DNA from: a virus
Lineage: Duplodnaviria > Caudoviricetes
Virus record (IMG/VR): IMGVR_UViG_3300028591_006041
Location: 17,708 to 81,707 of that record
DNA: 64,000 nt
Direction: 5' to 3' (one strand)
The notes under the pieces were generated by a model. The model was not told the DNA's origin and did no database searches. It saw only the letters and a program-made list of their open reading frames with translations. Position numbers and translations under genes: made by a program. This document shows, one piece after another, positions 1-10,323 of the stretch. The first letter of the stretch is position 1; each line of letters begins with the position of its first letter.

Positions 1-10
1 AAACGTAATA

Positions 11-2173
11 ATGTTCATATCTTCTACAAAATTTGTAGACATACATACTGCAGAAGAAATAAAGAAAATAAAGAAGTCAGATTGGACTTATTTAGATTAT
101 TGTGTTTTAGCATGTGAAGAAAATGGATATAATTTATATATATTGTCCAAAAATGATGTAAGGTATTCTTTCCAAAACAACATATTGAATATAGATGATA
201 AGACTACTAAGACAACATTTTCACTTAATGAAACAAATACCGAAAATACAATAATATTCCAAGGTCAAACAAATAATGATTTAAGTGTTGTATATATAGC
301 ATTATTCAAACTATTATATAAGCTTGGTTTTTATATCATAAATCCAATAAATGCTATAATAAATGCTTCTGACAAATATTTAAGTTCAGTAATTCTTTCT
401 AAATTCAATATCCCACAACCAAATTATATAATAATTGGTAAGAATGATATAGAAGATGAGAACGGTATAGTGAATGATGATTTTTACAAAAAGCTTCATT
501 CTATATATTCTGCACATCCAAATATAAATGACAATCATAGTAATTACAAATATGTTTGTAAAATTCTTAATGGTTCATTAGGAATAGGTGTATTCTTATG
601 TCAAGAAGATGAAATATTAAGTATTTTGCAAGCATTGACAACATTGAATCCAAAAATCTACATACTTATTCAAGAATTCAAAAAGAATACAGGTGATATT
701 AGAGCTCATGCTTTCTCATTTGATGGCAACAATTATGAGATAATTGCATCAATGAAAAGAAATAAGATTGATGGAGATTTTAGATCAAATGTATCATTGG
801 GTGCAACAACAGAACAAATTGATTTAAGTGCAGAACAAGAAAAGATAATTCTTGATACCGCTAAAGTATCAGGATGCAAATGGGTTGGTGTTGATTTGAT
901 GGAATGTAAGAATATTTATGATGAGACTGAAAATGTTGTTATTGAATATAATTCAAGTCCAGGAGTAAATGGTATATCTGAACAAATAAAGAAGAATATG
1001 TTCTTAGTTGTATTTGAAAAGATAAATGAGCATTTGAAAAATGATGTTGATGTTTCTGCAAATGACAAATTGGAAGACAATTCTGACAAGGATGGACAAA
1101 TGGCCACAAATGGCATAGATTCAAATAAGATTGATGATCAAAAAAAAACTAACGAAAACTTAGAAGAAAATCCAATTGTAGAAAAGAAAGAATCTGAAAA
1201 ATCATCATACCCATTTGACAATATAATATTGTTTGGAGATGCTGAATCTAGTGCAGATAAGATATTGAATGACTTATGTAAAGCATCAAATGTAAATTTA
1301 TATCAATTCAATACTCAAAGCATCAAATATGAGAATAACAAATTAAATAATATAGTTATAAACAATGATAAGATATCTTCAAAAAATACAGTTATATTCT
1401 CACGAATAAAATATGAAGATATAAACAAATATGAGAAGTTATTTAAGGAATTGTCTAAAGATAAATATCTAATCATAAACAATATAGATGGTGTAAATAA
1501 TGCTTCAGATAAGATAAAAAGTGCAGAACTATTCAAAAAACATAAAATTCAACAACCTTCATATGTAGAATTAGAAGCTAAAGATGTTGAAGTCAATTTG
1601 GACACAAAGGGAAATACAAATATCAAATTATTTAAGAAATTAAAAGATATTTATTCTGATGCAGAAACAAATAAAGAAAGAAAATATGTTGTAAAAAATC
1701 CTGTAGGAAAACAAGGAATAGGTGTATTTGTTGTAAATGGAAATCAAATATTATCAGTATTACAAGCATATTTCGATGTAGCAAAGGATAAGAAATTGAT
1801 TGTACAAGAATTCTTAGATGCAGATGGAGGTGATTTTAGAATACATGTACTTACATTGAAAACTGGACAACATCTATTATATGGAATAAAAAGAAATCAA
1901 GTAAAGAATGACTTCAGATCAAATATAGCATTAGGTGCTACACATACAACACTATCTGAATCAGATTTTACACCGGAACAAAAAGAATTAGCATTAAAGG
2001 CAGCTAAAGCAGTTGATTTGACATGGGCTGGAGTAGATATTATGCCTGTAAAAAACAATAAAATAAAGAATGTAGTCATAGAATGCAATGCTAATCCAGG
2101 AGCTCCAACTACAGCCGACAATAATGTATACAAAATGATTTTGGATAAAATTACAAAGGAAGATTTAGAATGA
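11..2173 (+). CDS. rimK: Tandem (two-domain) RimK-family ATP-grasp ligase; may extend upstream of the window
   Basis: RimK motif set occurs twice: GDIRAH..KRNKIDGDFRSNVSLGA..GVDLM..IEYNSSPG and GGDFRIH..KRNQVKNDFRSNIALGA..GVDIM..IECNANPG. The domains are joined by an acidic linker, and the frame is open back to the window edge. Confidence 0.85.
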   Translation: MFISSTKFVDIHTAEEIKKIKKSDWTYLDYCVLACEENGYNLYILSKNDVRYSFQNNILNIDDKTTKTTFSLNETNTENTIIFQGQTNNDLSVVYIALFKLLYKLGFYIINPINAIINASDKYLSSVILSKFNIPQPNYIIIGKNDIEDENGIVNDDFYKKLHSIYSAHPNINDNHSNYKYVCKILNGSLGIGVFLCQEDEILSILQALTTLNPKIYILIQEFKKNTGDIRAHAFSFDGNNYEIIASMKRNKIDGDFRSNVSLGATTEQIDLSAEQEKIILDTAKVSGCKWVGVDLMECKNIYDETENVVIEYNSSPGVNGISEQIKKNMFLVVFEKINEHLKNDVDVSANDKLEDNSDKDGQMATNGIDSNKIDDQKKTNENLEENPIVEKKESEKSSYPFDNIILFGDAESSADKILNDLCKASNVNLYQFNTQSIKYENNKLNNIVINNDKISSKNTVIFSRIKYEDINKYEKLFKELSKDKYLIINNIDGVNNASDKIKSAELFKKHKIQQPSYVELEAKDVEVNLDTKGNTNIKLFKKLKDIYSDAETNKERKYVVKNPVGKQGIGVFVVNGNQILSVLQAYFDVAKDKKLIVQEFLDADGGDFRIHVLTLKTGQHLLYGIKRNQVKNDFRSNIALGATHTTLSESDFTPEQKELALKAAKAVDLTWAGVDIMPVKNNKIKNVVIECNANPGAPTTADNNVYKMILDKITKEDLE

Positions 2174-2799
2174 GATGTTTAAAAGATTTTATATTAGAAT
2201 CAAATGAATCAAATACAGATAAATGGCTTAGTAATGTAAAGAAGATGTATGAATGGTATTGTGATAACTTTAAGAATTTTTATGACTGTAAACATCAATA
2301 CAATTCTTCAAATTATAAAGAATGTGAATTATTAGATAACAAAAAAGTTGTTGCTGATTGCTCAGGATTTGTTGCAGCATGTTTATGTCTTTCAGGATAT
2401 ACTAATGATACTATCAATTGGAATGTAAGATTAGGTAGTTTCAACTTACATAAAAATCACAATGTAAACACCAATGTTGAAAAGATAAGTCCATTTGATG
2501 AGAAATATAAAGCTAAATTATTATATATGTCAGATATAAATGAATTTGAATGTCATAAGATATCTGATGAAAAGAAACAAAATCAAGATTATAGTGAGAT
2601 AAAAGCAGGTGACATACTCGTAAAAGGATCACATGTTACTATAGCAGCAGAAGATGGTGGAAAATATTTGTATGATTGGGGACGACAAGTTTCAACACAA
2701 AACAACAGTTTGTTCAAACTTAAAAAACCAGTGAAATTTTACATACCTAAAGATAAGACAACTATATTTCCATATAGAAGTTATTGGAGATTAAAATAA
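2170..2799 (+). CDS. NlpC/P60-like cysteine amidase/peptidase with short leader MRCLKDFILE
   Basis: DCSGFVAACL (catalytic Cys), GDILVKGSHV (His), YDWG. Confidence 0.6.
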   Translation: MRCLKDFILESNESNTDKWLSNVKKMYEWYCDNFKNFYDCKHQYNSSNYKECELLDNKKVVADCSGFVAACLCLSGYTNDTINWNVRLGSFNLHKNHNVNTNVEKISPFDEKYKAKLLYMSDINEFECHKISDEKKQNQDYSEIKAGDILVKGSHVTIAAEDGGKYLYDWGRQVSTQNNSLFKLKKPVKFYIPKDKTTIFPYRSYWRLK

Positions 2800-2839
2800 A
2801 AACAAAAATATTTATTTTTAATAAATAAAAACATATTAT

Positions 2840-2920
2840 TTAGTCAGATAGTGGACTTGATAGGCTGGGGACCAACCATACAAGTATAAAAATGAATGTC
2901 TTAGCATTGACTAACATTTT
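2840..2920 (+). ncRNA. Candidate structured RNA (Y-RNA-like stem) or structured 5' leader of the 3017 gene
   Basis: ttagtca (2840-2846) pairs with tgactaa (2908-2914); inner stem acttg/caagt; starts about 15 nt after a TATTTTTAATAAA motif; followed by a short T run. Confidence 0.35.
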
Positions 2921-3016
2921 GTTGCGAAGCATGAAAATATTGCATTTTAATGTAATATTAGTTCATTAAATAAAGTATAAATATTTAAACTAGAAATATA
3001 CCAAATAAAATATAAT

Positions 3017-4411
3017 ATGAACATAAAATTAATTAAAGACCTGGATTTCACAGCTAAATTGAATAATTGCAATGCAGTGACAGAAGCAGGTAAAGAATTA
3101 GTCAAGAACTACAAAGCATATTTGTTTACAAATCCTGCTAATTGTGGTATTGTCAATGGCTTTATAAAAGAAGCACAAAAATATAGCTTTGATACAGGAC
3201 TTGTTTCAATTTTAGAGTCTGTATTGAATTTTATTAAAGAAAACAACATTTCATGGCAATTAGCATCTGCTTGTGAATCAATTGAGAATAGTAAGTCAAC
3301 ATACAACTATATTGCTAAGACAGGTATTGAGCAAGTAAGCAAACTTTTAGAGATGGATGAGTCACAAGTTGTTTCTTATATTAAATCAGGAGCATTAAAA
3401 GGTGTTCAATATATTCCAGAATTCAGAAATGTATGCAAACAAGTATTCAAATCTGCAATTAATGAGACTGTAGCTCCTACTTATGTTACTACAAATCCAA
3501 TATCTTTTGTTTATGAGAATGAAGAAGGTGACAAATATTTTGAAATCCTTCATAAGACTTATAAGATAAATAAAGATCAAACTAAAGTTTGTGAAGCTGT
3601 ATGTGACAATCCTAAGTTCAGAAACATTAATGCATTACTTGAATCATTTACAAATGACAATGAAGGAAATATGAAATATGAGTGGAAGAGTGGATTTGAT
3701 GCTTGTAAAGTAACTATTTCTGAATCAAATGAAAATGATACTTACAATTTGAATTTTGAAAAGGGTAAGAACATTAATGAGAACTTTGATTCAACAGAGA
3801 AATTCAATGAGTATTGTGATACTATTTCAAGAACAATGCCTATGAATGAGAAGATGCAATTCTTGAATATTACAAGAGCAATTGGTCAAGTATTTGAGGC
3901 TATGGAACAAGTTTTCGTTATGGATTGTGCAAAGGTATTGAGAACTTCTACTGGTTCAATTTGTACCATTATTGAAGCTAAAGACAATATTACAATGTCT
4001 GTAAACAACTCATTACACTTCGGAACTTATACAAAAGATTTTGATTACATTACTGAAGCATTGAAAGAAGTTACAGCAGTTTCAGGAATTGATTTGAAAT
4101 ATATGTATGAAGAGAGAATCAATGAAGATGTAAAGAAACATAACCCAACTGAATATCAAGCTATTCAAGAAGAGTTAGCAGCTTCAAAGAAAATCCAAAT
4201 GGATGCAAGAAAGAAAAAGATTGCAATGTTAGCAGAACAATATAAGAATGATCCTGCAATTATCGCTGTATTGAACAAAGCTGCTAGAGACTTAGCTGTA
4301 TTTGAAAAAGAATGTGAATGCACAGGAAAAGAAGATTGCCAATGTGAAAAATGCAAAGGTAAAAAAGCTAAAAAAGAAGAATCAAAGGAAAGTGAAGAAA
4401 AAGGAGAATAA
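3017..4411 (+). CDS. Hypothetical protein, possibly a head core/scaffold component; C-terminal Cys cluster and Lys/Glu tail
   Basis: 464-aa ORF downstream of the putative late promoter; ends CECTGKEDCQCEKCKGKK..EESKESEEKGE. Confidence 0.4.
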   Translation: MNIKLIKDLDFTAKLNNCNAVTEAGKELVKNYKAYLFTNPANCGIVNGFIKEAQKYSFDTGLVSILESVLNFIKENNISWQLASACESIENSKSTYNYIAKTGIEQVSKLLEMDESQVVSYIKSGALKGVQYIPEFRNVCKQVFKSAINETVAPTYVTTNPISFVYENEEGDKYFEILHKTYKINKDQTKVCEAVCDNPKFRNINALLESFTNDNEGNMKYEWKSGFDACKVTISESNENDTYNLNFEKGKNINENFDSTEKFNEYCDTISRTMPMNEKMQFLNITRAIGQVFEAMEQVFVMDCAKVLRTSTGSICTIIEAKDNITMSVNNSLHFGTYTKDFDYITEALKEVTAVSGIDLKYMYEERINEDVKKHNPTEYQAIQEELAASKKIQMDARKKKIAMLAEQYKNDPAIIAVLNKAARDLAVFEKECECTGKEDCQCEKCKGKKAKKEESKESEEKGE

Positions 4412-4438
4412 TATATTACATATAAATATATAAATATG

Positions 4439-4476
4439 AAAATGTCACCCAATAAAATTGTGGTGACATTTTTTAT
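4439..4476 (+). terminator. Intrinsic terminator
   Basis: aaaatgtcacc...ggtgacatttt hairpin plus T run after the 3017 gene. Confidence 0.6.
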
Positions 4477-4492
4477 ATAAACACTATTTAAT

Positions 4493-5371
4493 ATGAGTAA
4501 ATATTTTAAAAAATTCAATACACATGAACAATATGAGCAATATACACAAGAAGATATGATATTGCCAAATATATCTTATTGTGAAAATAAAAATGAAGTG
4601 CATTATAATCCTTTTGTACCTGAAACAAGACTAGTCCTTAAATATAATATTACAAGCACAAGTAGTGCAACCAAATTAACATATAATTCCACATCAGCAG
4701 CATTATTTACTGAAATGGTGATTGACGGAGTAAAACAAGACAGTGTTGTGACTAGTTATACATTTGATACAACTGGTGAACATACAGTTCATTATACTCT
4801 TGCCGACCCAACTACAATCGGCAGTAGTGCTTTCCGTGATTGTATAAATCTTATAAGTGTTACAATTCCTGATAGTGTCACTACTATTGCTACTCAGGCT
4901 TTCAATTATTGTAGGGGTCTTACAAGTGTTACAATACCAAATAGTGTGACTTCTATTGGTAGCAAGAGTTTCAGTACTTGTAGTGGTCTTACAAATGTGA
5001 TAATCGGTAATGGTGTCACTTCAATAAGTAGTCAGGCTTTTGCAAGTTGTGATAGTCTTACAAGTGTTACAATTCCTGATAGTGTAACTACAATTGCTGA
5101 CAGTGCTTTCAATAGTTGTAATCATCTTACAAGTATTATTATACCAAATAGTGTAACATCAATCGGTAGTTATGCTTTCGGTTATTGTAGCCGTCTTGGA
5201 AACATCACTTGTTTTGCCACAACAGCACCAACAATAACAAACAACACATTCATAACAGTCAAATCAAATGGCACATTAACTGTTCCAAGTGGCAGTACGG
5301 GATATGATGTATGGATGGGAACAGATGATTATTACCTTGGCAAGTATAGTTGGACTAAATTAGAACAATAA
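4493..5371 (+). CDS. BspA-type leucine-rich repeat (LRR_5) protein
   Basis: Repeated TIPxSVTxIxxxAFxxCxxLTSV units. Confidence 0.9.
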   Translation: MSKYFKKFNTHEQYEQYTQEDMILPNISYCENKNEVHYNPFVPETRLVLKYNITSTSSATKLTYNSTSAALFTEMVIDGVKQDSVVTSYTFDTTGEHTVHYTLADPTTIGSSAFRDCINLISVTIPDSVTTIATQAFNYCRGLTSVTIPNSVTSIGSKSFSTCSGLTNVIIGNGVTSISSQAFASCDSLTSVTIPDSVTTIADSAFNSCNHLTSIIIPNSVTSIGSYAFGYCSRLGNITCFATTAPTITNNTFITVKSNGTLTVPSGSTGYDVWMGTDDYYLGKYSWTKLEQ

Positions 5372-5401
5372 TATTCAAATCAAATAGAATATATAATAAA
5401 T

Positions 5402-5427
5402 AAAAGAGAGCTTTAAAGCTCTCTTTT
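5402..5427. terminator. Bidirectional intrinsic terminator
   Basis: Perfect palindrome aaaagagagctttaaagctctctttt between convergent genes. Confidence 0.8.
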
Positions 5428-5429
5428 TA

Positions 5430-6449
5430 TTAAAACCATTTCTTATATTCTTCTTTATCTTTACATTCATCATTAGAAGCTTTATGATTCACTTCATAAT
5501 TGAATAGCTTCATTTTGTTTATTTCTTTCCAATCATCATAATTCATATATCCTAAAACCGAACCTATGAATATTGAAGGACTTTCGGCATATTCATGTAT
5601 CTTCTTAATAATGTCTGTAAAATCTTTATATTTGTTTGATTTGAATATTTTGTCAAGTTCTTCATATCTTTTAGCTTCAATTTCTCTATCTACTAAATCA
5701 TTTGAATTCTTCCTATTTGTAGTATAAGATCTTATTTGAATAGTTATGAATTGATTTAAATGTTCCCAAGAATCATCTGAATCTCCCCATGAACTTAACT
5801 TATGATTGACACTAAAATTGTTGTCTATGCATTTAAACCATCCATGAGTAAAGCTTTTTATATAATCTAAATAATTCTGATTTTGCTCAATCCTATAAGA
5901 ATTCAAAATTTTTCCAATTACTTCATCATCAGATATTATTTGATAATATAAGAATGGCAATCCTCTTTTCAAAATCAAATCAATTAACTTCTTTGACATC
6001 AATAGTCCATTTCCTCTACCATATAGGTCTAAAGGATTAGGTACAGCAGCATTAGACAATGAATACAACTCACTTGTCCATAATATCTCATCATTATCTA
6101 ATTCCTGTACAAATTTGTTCATTAGCTCAATATTGATATAAGTTGATGTATTTGTTCTAAACACATAATCATATTCTCCAAAAAGTCTTTCTAAAAATTT
6201 GAATGCATAATAAGTTTTCTTGAATGTATTGTGAATGTCATCTTCACATCTCATCAACAATCTATGTTCTTCTTTTGAATACTTATGCTTTGGTATGAAT
6301 TCAGATGCCGAATAAATCATATAGTCTATATTAGGATATTTTCCATCTATGACATCTTTAAGGTAAGTATTCTTAATATCTTCTTCTTGAGCCTTGAAAT
6401 GTCCTAATTCACATGACATAATCAAAATTAATATCTTCTTTTCTTTCAT
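5430..6449 (-). CDS. Glycosyltransferase-like protein (GT-A fold, galactosyltransferase-like)
   Basis: KKTYYAFKFL..YDYVFRTNTSTYIN and DDEVIG motifs, as in GT31-like enzymes. Confidence 0.55.
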   Translation of the reverse strand: MKEKKILILIMSCELGHFKAQEEDIKNTYLKDVIDGKYPNIDYMIYSASEFIPKHKYSKEEHRLLMRCEDDIHNTFKKTYYAFKFLERLFGEYDYVFRTNTSTYINIELMNKFVQELDNDEILWTSELYSLSNAAVPNPLDLYGRGNGLLMSKKLIDLILKRGLPFLYYQIISDDEVIGKILNSYRIEQNQNYLDYIKSFTHGWFKCIDNNFSVNHKLSSWGDSDDSWEHLNQFITIQIRSYTTNRKNSNDLVDREIEAKRYEELDKIFKSNKYKDFTDIIKKIHEYAESPSIFIGSVLGYMNYDDWKEINKMKLFNYEVNHKASNDECKDKEEYKKWF

Positions 6450-6481
6450 ATTTTAATCATGGGTTAATTTTTATCGTAATG

Positions 6482-6537
6482 TAATATAGTTTATAACTTA
6501 GAATACTTATGTATGACACGAGTCATTCTGAATGTAC
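6482..6537 (-). promoter_or_regulatory. 56-bp upstream element, homologous to 21603-21658
   Basis: Aligns without gaps: taatatagtttataact(t/a)agaata...acgagt(c/a)attctgaa(t/g)gta. Confidence 0.6.
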
Positions 6538-7163
6538 TACGAGCACTTTTTATTTATATTTATTAAATATTCGGAAATCCAATAAGAATCAGCCAAATCA
6601 TCATTTTTCTGAATTTGCTTTAATGATGGATTCAAATTTTCAAATAACGCAATCATTGAGTCCTTTTTAGCATTACCATTTCCTGTGGCAAACTTCTTTA
6701 TTTCTCCTGGAGTCAATATAAAAAGCCCACCAAGTTGGTCTTGATGAGACATAAAATAATTCAATATCCTATATCTGATAATATAAGACAATCCCGACAA
6801 ATCTATCAATGACTTAGTTTGTGAAGACTGGAATGAAATTCCCTCTAATGCTATATATAACTTATCTAATTTGTTTTTGACATTGCTATTTATCAAATCT
6901 AATATCTTATCAGATATGTTTATGACATTATGTACTTTAGACAATTCAAAATCATTATTATCTAAACAATCTTTTTTGTCTTTCTTAATATAAGTTATAT
7001 ATTCAAAATCATTCAATAAGCAATTTACATCATTTTCTTTCTTAGTCAACTTATTAGGCTTTATTATGAAAAATTCCTTGCTTATTTTCTTATCGTCTTC
7101 AAATTTTTGTATTGTTATTCCTGTACTGTTTATTGATTGATCAATTCCTATAAAAATTTCCAC
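6537..7163 (-). CDS. ruvC: RuvC-like Holliday junction resolvase
   Basis: IGIDQSINSTG, LEG, EIKKFATGNGNAKKD, DDLADSY; GTG start. Confidence 0.85.
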   Translation of the reverse strand: MEIFIGIDQSINSTGITIQKFEDDKKISKEFFIIKPNKLTKKENDVNCLLNDFEYITYIKKDKKDCLDNNDFELSKVHNVINISDKILDLINSNVKNKLDKLYIALEGISFQSSQTKSLIDLSGLSYIIRYRILNYFMSHQDQLGGLFILTPGEIKKFATGNGNAKKDSMIALFENLNPSLKQIQKNDDLADSYWISEYLININKKCS

Positions 7164-7226
7164 ACTTCTATACTATATAAATATTTGTGGATTATTATAT
7201 AATATAGAAACGTGGAAATAAAAAAT

Positions 7227-7556
7227 TCAATAAACTTTTAATCCATATTTCATAATAAATTCTATTGATGAATTCTTACATTTCTCTTTATTAAAACGAT
7301 AAAGATTGTAAAAAATCATATTAAGCTTTTCTATAAACTTTTTCTGTTTTGATTTAGTCCATTTGAACTCATTAACCCAATTATTGTTTGCTTTAATAAG
7401 ATCAATAATATATTCATTAGAAAAGTCATCATACTTAGCAAATCTAAACATTCCGACAATCAATGAATAAATTAAAGATTTTGTAACTTGATTGATTTCT
7501 TCATCATTGAAATCTTTATACATCAAATCATCAATAGAATAAATGTTAATCTTCAT
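7227..7556 (-). CDS. Hypothetical protein
   Basis: 109-aa ORF in a tightly packed operon. Confidence 0.6.
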   Translation of the reverse strand: MKINIYSIDDLMYKDFNDEEINQVTKSLIYSLIVGMFRFAKYDDFSNEYIIDLIKANNNWVNEFKWTKSKQKKFIEKLNMIFYNLYRFNKEKCKNSSIEFIMKYGLKVY

Positions 7557-7887
7557 TATATGTGTAAAGTTGGTAAATTATTTGCTTATCATATACTTTA
7601 GCCGTTTCATGCTCACATTTACAACCTAATGATTTATGCCATCCACGACCCATAAATATTGCATCACATCTAAGTAATTCTTTAATGTCTTCACCCATAT
7701 ACCAAGCATAATCATGATCACGTTCTTTAACTATTCCATTATCGCTAAAATCTTCGATATTGATTGGACCATGAATTTCAAATTGCTCTCTCAAATCATT
7801 GTTTATATAATCAATAGCTTCTTGGTATCTTTCTTTGACTGTAGCTTCATCAATAGCTATAGGTAAACTAATATAAATTTTTTTCAT
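7546..7887 (-). CDS. DUF4406 / nucleoside 2-deoxyribosyltransferase-like protein
   Basis: KIYISLPI..YMGEDIKELLRCDAIFMGRGWHKSLGCKCEH. Confidence 0.75.
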   Translation of the reverse strand: MKKIYISLPIAIDEATVKERYQEAIDYINNDLREQFEIHGPINIEDFSDNGIVKERDHDYAWYMGEDIKELLRCDAIFMGRGWHKSLGCKCEHETAKVYDKQIIYQLYTYNED

Positions 7888-8291
7888 TTTTCCATTTCAA
7901 TAAATTCTATCATTCTTTCATAAGCTTGTTGTGGTGTATGGCCATCCCACGTATTTGACTTTTCTTTCTCTGGAATGTTGAACATATCCCAATACATATC
8001 TTCATAATGGTTTGAAATTTGACCAGTTGGCAATTCAGCCATTACGATAAACCAACCACCGCCAAAACATTTTTCACCATCTGAATGTCTTAACGATTTA
8101 TGAATGTCATATTCAGGATGAGTCTTATACAATTCATTAAACCACAAAGCATTATAAATCATTCTATAATCATATAGTTCTTTAAATGTATGATATCCAT
8201 CAGATACATCTTCAAAAGAATTATGCAATTGAAAATCTTCTACTTTTCCACTCTTTTCATTCTTTACAAATATTTCTATTCTTTTATTCAT
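7884..8291 (-). CDS. Conserved phage protein with WDGH motif
   Basis: SDGYHTFKELY..LPTGQISNHY..WDGHT. Confidence 0.65.
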   Translation of the reverse strand: MNKRIEIFVKNEKSGKVEDFQLHNSFEDVSDGYHTFKELYDYRMIYNALWFNELYKTHPEYDIHKSLRHSDGEKCFGGGWFIVMAELPTGQISNHYEDMYWDMFNIPEKEKSNTWDGHTPQQAYERMIEFIEMEK

Positions 8292-8437
8292 AATAATATA
8301 TTCTTATGTTTTAATCATAATATAACCAGCTTTTATTCTTTCTTCTTTTTAAATTAATATATGATTTTCTAAACTCATATATTTCTTTAATTAAGATAGT
8401 TAATCCTGTAGACAATATTCCAAATATAATTAATTTA

Positions 8438-8602
8438 TTACTCATCTTTTACTTCTTCTAATTTATACCATTCTACATCAGGATTTTTCAATCCCCAAAA
8501 TTTGATACAATATTTTTCATCCATAGTTTCATCACCCCATAATTCAGGTTTTACTGTGTGCGGATTACCTGCTTCTTTAATTTCACATTTCCAATGCCTC
8601 AT
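8438..8602 (-). CDS. Small hypothetical protein (54 aa, not in ORF track)
   Basis: Manual translation MRHWKCEIKEAGNPH...EEVKDE*; start overlaps the stop of 8599..8802. Confidence 0.5.
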   Translation of the reverse strand: MRHWKCEIKEAGNPHTVKPELWGDETMDEKYCIKFWGLKNPDVEWYKLEEVKDE

Positions 8603-8802
8603 CTTTTTTTAACTAATTTTTCAGTTATATGCTTAAACAAGCAAGGTTTACCATTATATTCACCCATGATATCATAAGATACATCTGATGGATCTTCAAA
8701 AGTACCATATTCATCAATTATATAAATAGTACCTTCATATTTTTTATCTTCTATTATGAAATATACTCTATCTTTAATTTTATATTTTGGATATCCTCTC
8801 AT
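8599..8802 (-). CDS. Hypothetical protein (SH3-like small domain)
   Basis: PKYKIKDRVYF..YEGTIYIID..SYDI. Confidence 0.55.
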   Translation of the reverse strand: MRGYPKYKIKDRVYFIIEDKKYEGTIYIIDEYGTFEDPSDVSYDIMGEYNGKPCLFKHITEKLVKKR

Positions 8803-8956
8803 ATTTTTGCTATTGATAATATTGCATATTTTACAAACCCTTGTGTTGATGACATTGCTTGACTATAACCTAATATATCATCTATTTTCCATCCATTTGG
8901 AATTTGTATTGATAGATCTTTATTAGTAACAATTATTATTTTTTTCATTATAATTA

Positions 8957-9799
8957 TTAATAATATTCATTTGGAATTTGCTCTACAGGATCATCAGTTC
9001 CATATACATTTCGATATTTCTGAAAATCTTTATATTTGATTTTAATAATCAATCTTTCACCTCTACGATTTTTAAGTCCTAGTTCTGTTCTAAGTACAAG
9101 TCCTTCTGCAATAAAATCTTTATTTTCAGCAATTCTTGATTTGAACCCCTTTCGAACATACTCAATAGCTTCATCAAGAGTGAAGTAACCAATAAATGGA
9201 GCAATAGGTGCACCAAGTTTATTTATAATATCATCTCTATTATTAGTAAGAAGATAAATATCATTTACCTTTACATCAAAACCAACAAAACTAACTCCAT
9301 TTTTAATATAATTTTCACCAGCTTTTTGAATTTTAGCTCCATAACCTTCACCATAAATAGTATATTTAGGAATATCAATTACATCATTCCATTTATGATC
9401 TACCCATTCATTAACTGGGATAAATTCTTTCAATCCAATGGCTTCAAGTACTTTCTCTTTAGGATAATTATCTTCCATATATTTTTTAAGCATTGATGGA
9501 ATTTGTGAATTATCTATTTTGCCTTTAATAGTTACATCAAAATGAACTCCAAGGATCTCATTTGTTTCCTCATATTCAATATTATTGACAGTATCAATTA
9601 CATATTCAATACGAGGAGTTACTTCAATACGTATATTTGTTCCATCAATTTTCTCTTCTCCTCTCCATTTAAGACTACGAAGATATTCAAGCTCAGGTGT
9701 GACAAAACCTGCATATTGCATAATCACATTTTTATTGTCCCTCTTAAAGATCGTATTAATCTTTTGATAAGTGTTCTCACTTCTTTTTTGACGTGCCAT
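8957..9799 (-). CDS. ATP-dependent RNA ligase (Rnl2-like nucleotidyltransferase)
   Basis: Motif I EEKIDGTN, III IYGEGYG, IIIa FDV, IV EGLVL, V KIK. Confidence 0.8.
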   Translation of the reverse strand: MARQKRSENTYQKINTIFKRDNKNVIMQYAGFVTPELEYLRSLKWRGEEKIDGTNIRIEVTPRIEYVIDTVNNIEYEETNEILGVHFDVTIKGKIDNSQIPSMLKKYMEDNYPKEKVLEAIGLKEFIPVNEWVDHKWNDVIDIPKYTIYGEGYGAKIQKAGENYIKNGVSFVGFDVKVNDIYLLTNNRDDIINKLGAPIAPFIGYFTLDEAIEYVRKGFKSRIAENKDFIAEGLVLRTELGLKNRRGERLIIKIKYKDFQKYRNVYGTDDPVEQIPNEYY

Positions 9800-9812
9800 A
9801 ATTATATTTAAT

Positions 9813-10322
9813 TTAATTGTTTAATAATTCTTTAATAGCTGGAATTGCTTCATCTTCCCAATCTTTAATATATCCATCTCCATTAATGTCAAGATAAATA
9901 TAATCTCCATAACCTTCATCTCCTACTGAAAGAAACTTTGGAACATAATAATCTTGAAATTCAACAGAATCCCAAATAATATTATCATTTTCATCTAAGA
10001 TTTGATAAAGTCCATCATCACAAACTTTAAACCAAGTTTCAATACAAAAATCTTTAGGCCAATTTTCTACTTTACCTGTGTCGATATCAATAGTTAAAGT
10101 CCAATAATAACCTTCATTATACCCAATATCTTTTAAAACAACAAATGGAATATTGTTTCTAAAATCTTCAGATACTTCTTTTGTATCTCCTTCTTTTGAC
10201 CCGTTTCTCCATGTATTCTTATTATCTTTAGAATATTTACAGTCATTCCAATAACGAACACCTGCACTAACAAGAATTTTTTTCAAGTTAACTTCCTTTT
10301 CAATTTTAATTGTTGCTTTCAT
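9813..10322 (-). CDS. Conserved hypothetical phage protein
   Basis: 169-aa ORF; WFKVCDDGLY..YVPKFL..GYGDYI. Confidence 0.6.
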   Translation of the reverse strand: MKATIKIEKEVNLKKILVSAGVRYWNDCKYSKDNKNTWRNGSKEGDTKEVSEDFRNNIPFVVLKDIGYNEGYYWTLTIDIDTGKVENWPKDFCIETWFKVCDDGLYQILDENDNIIWDSVEFQDYYVPKFLSVGDEGYGDYIYLDINGDGYIKDWEDEAIPAIKELLNN

Positions 10323-10323
10323 G

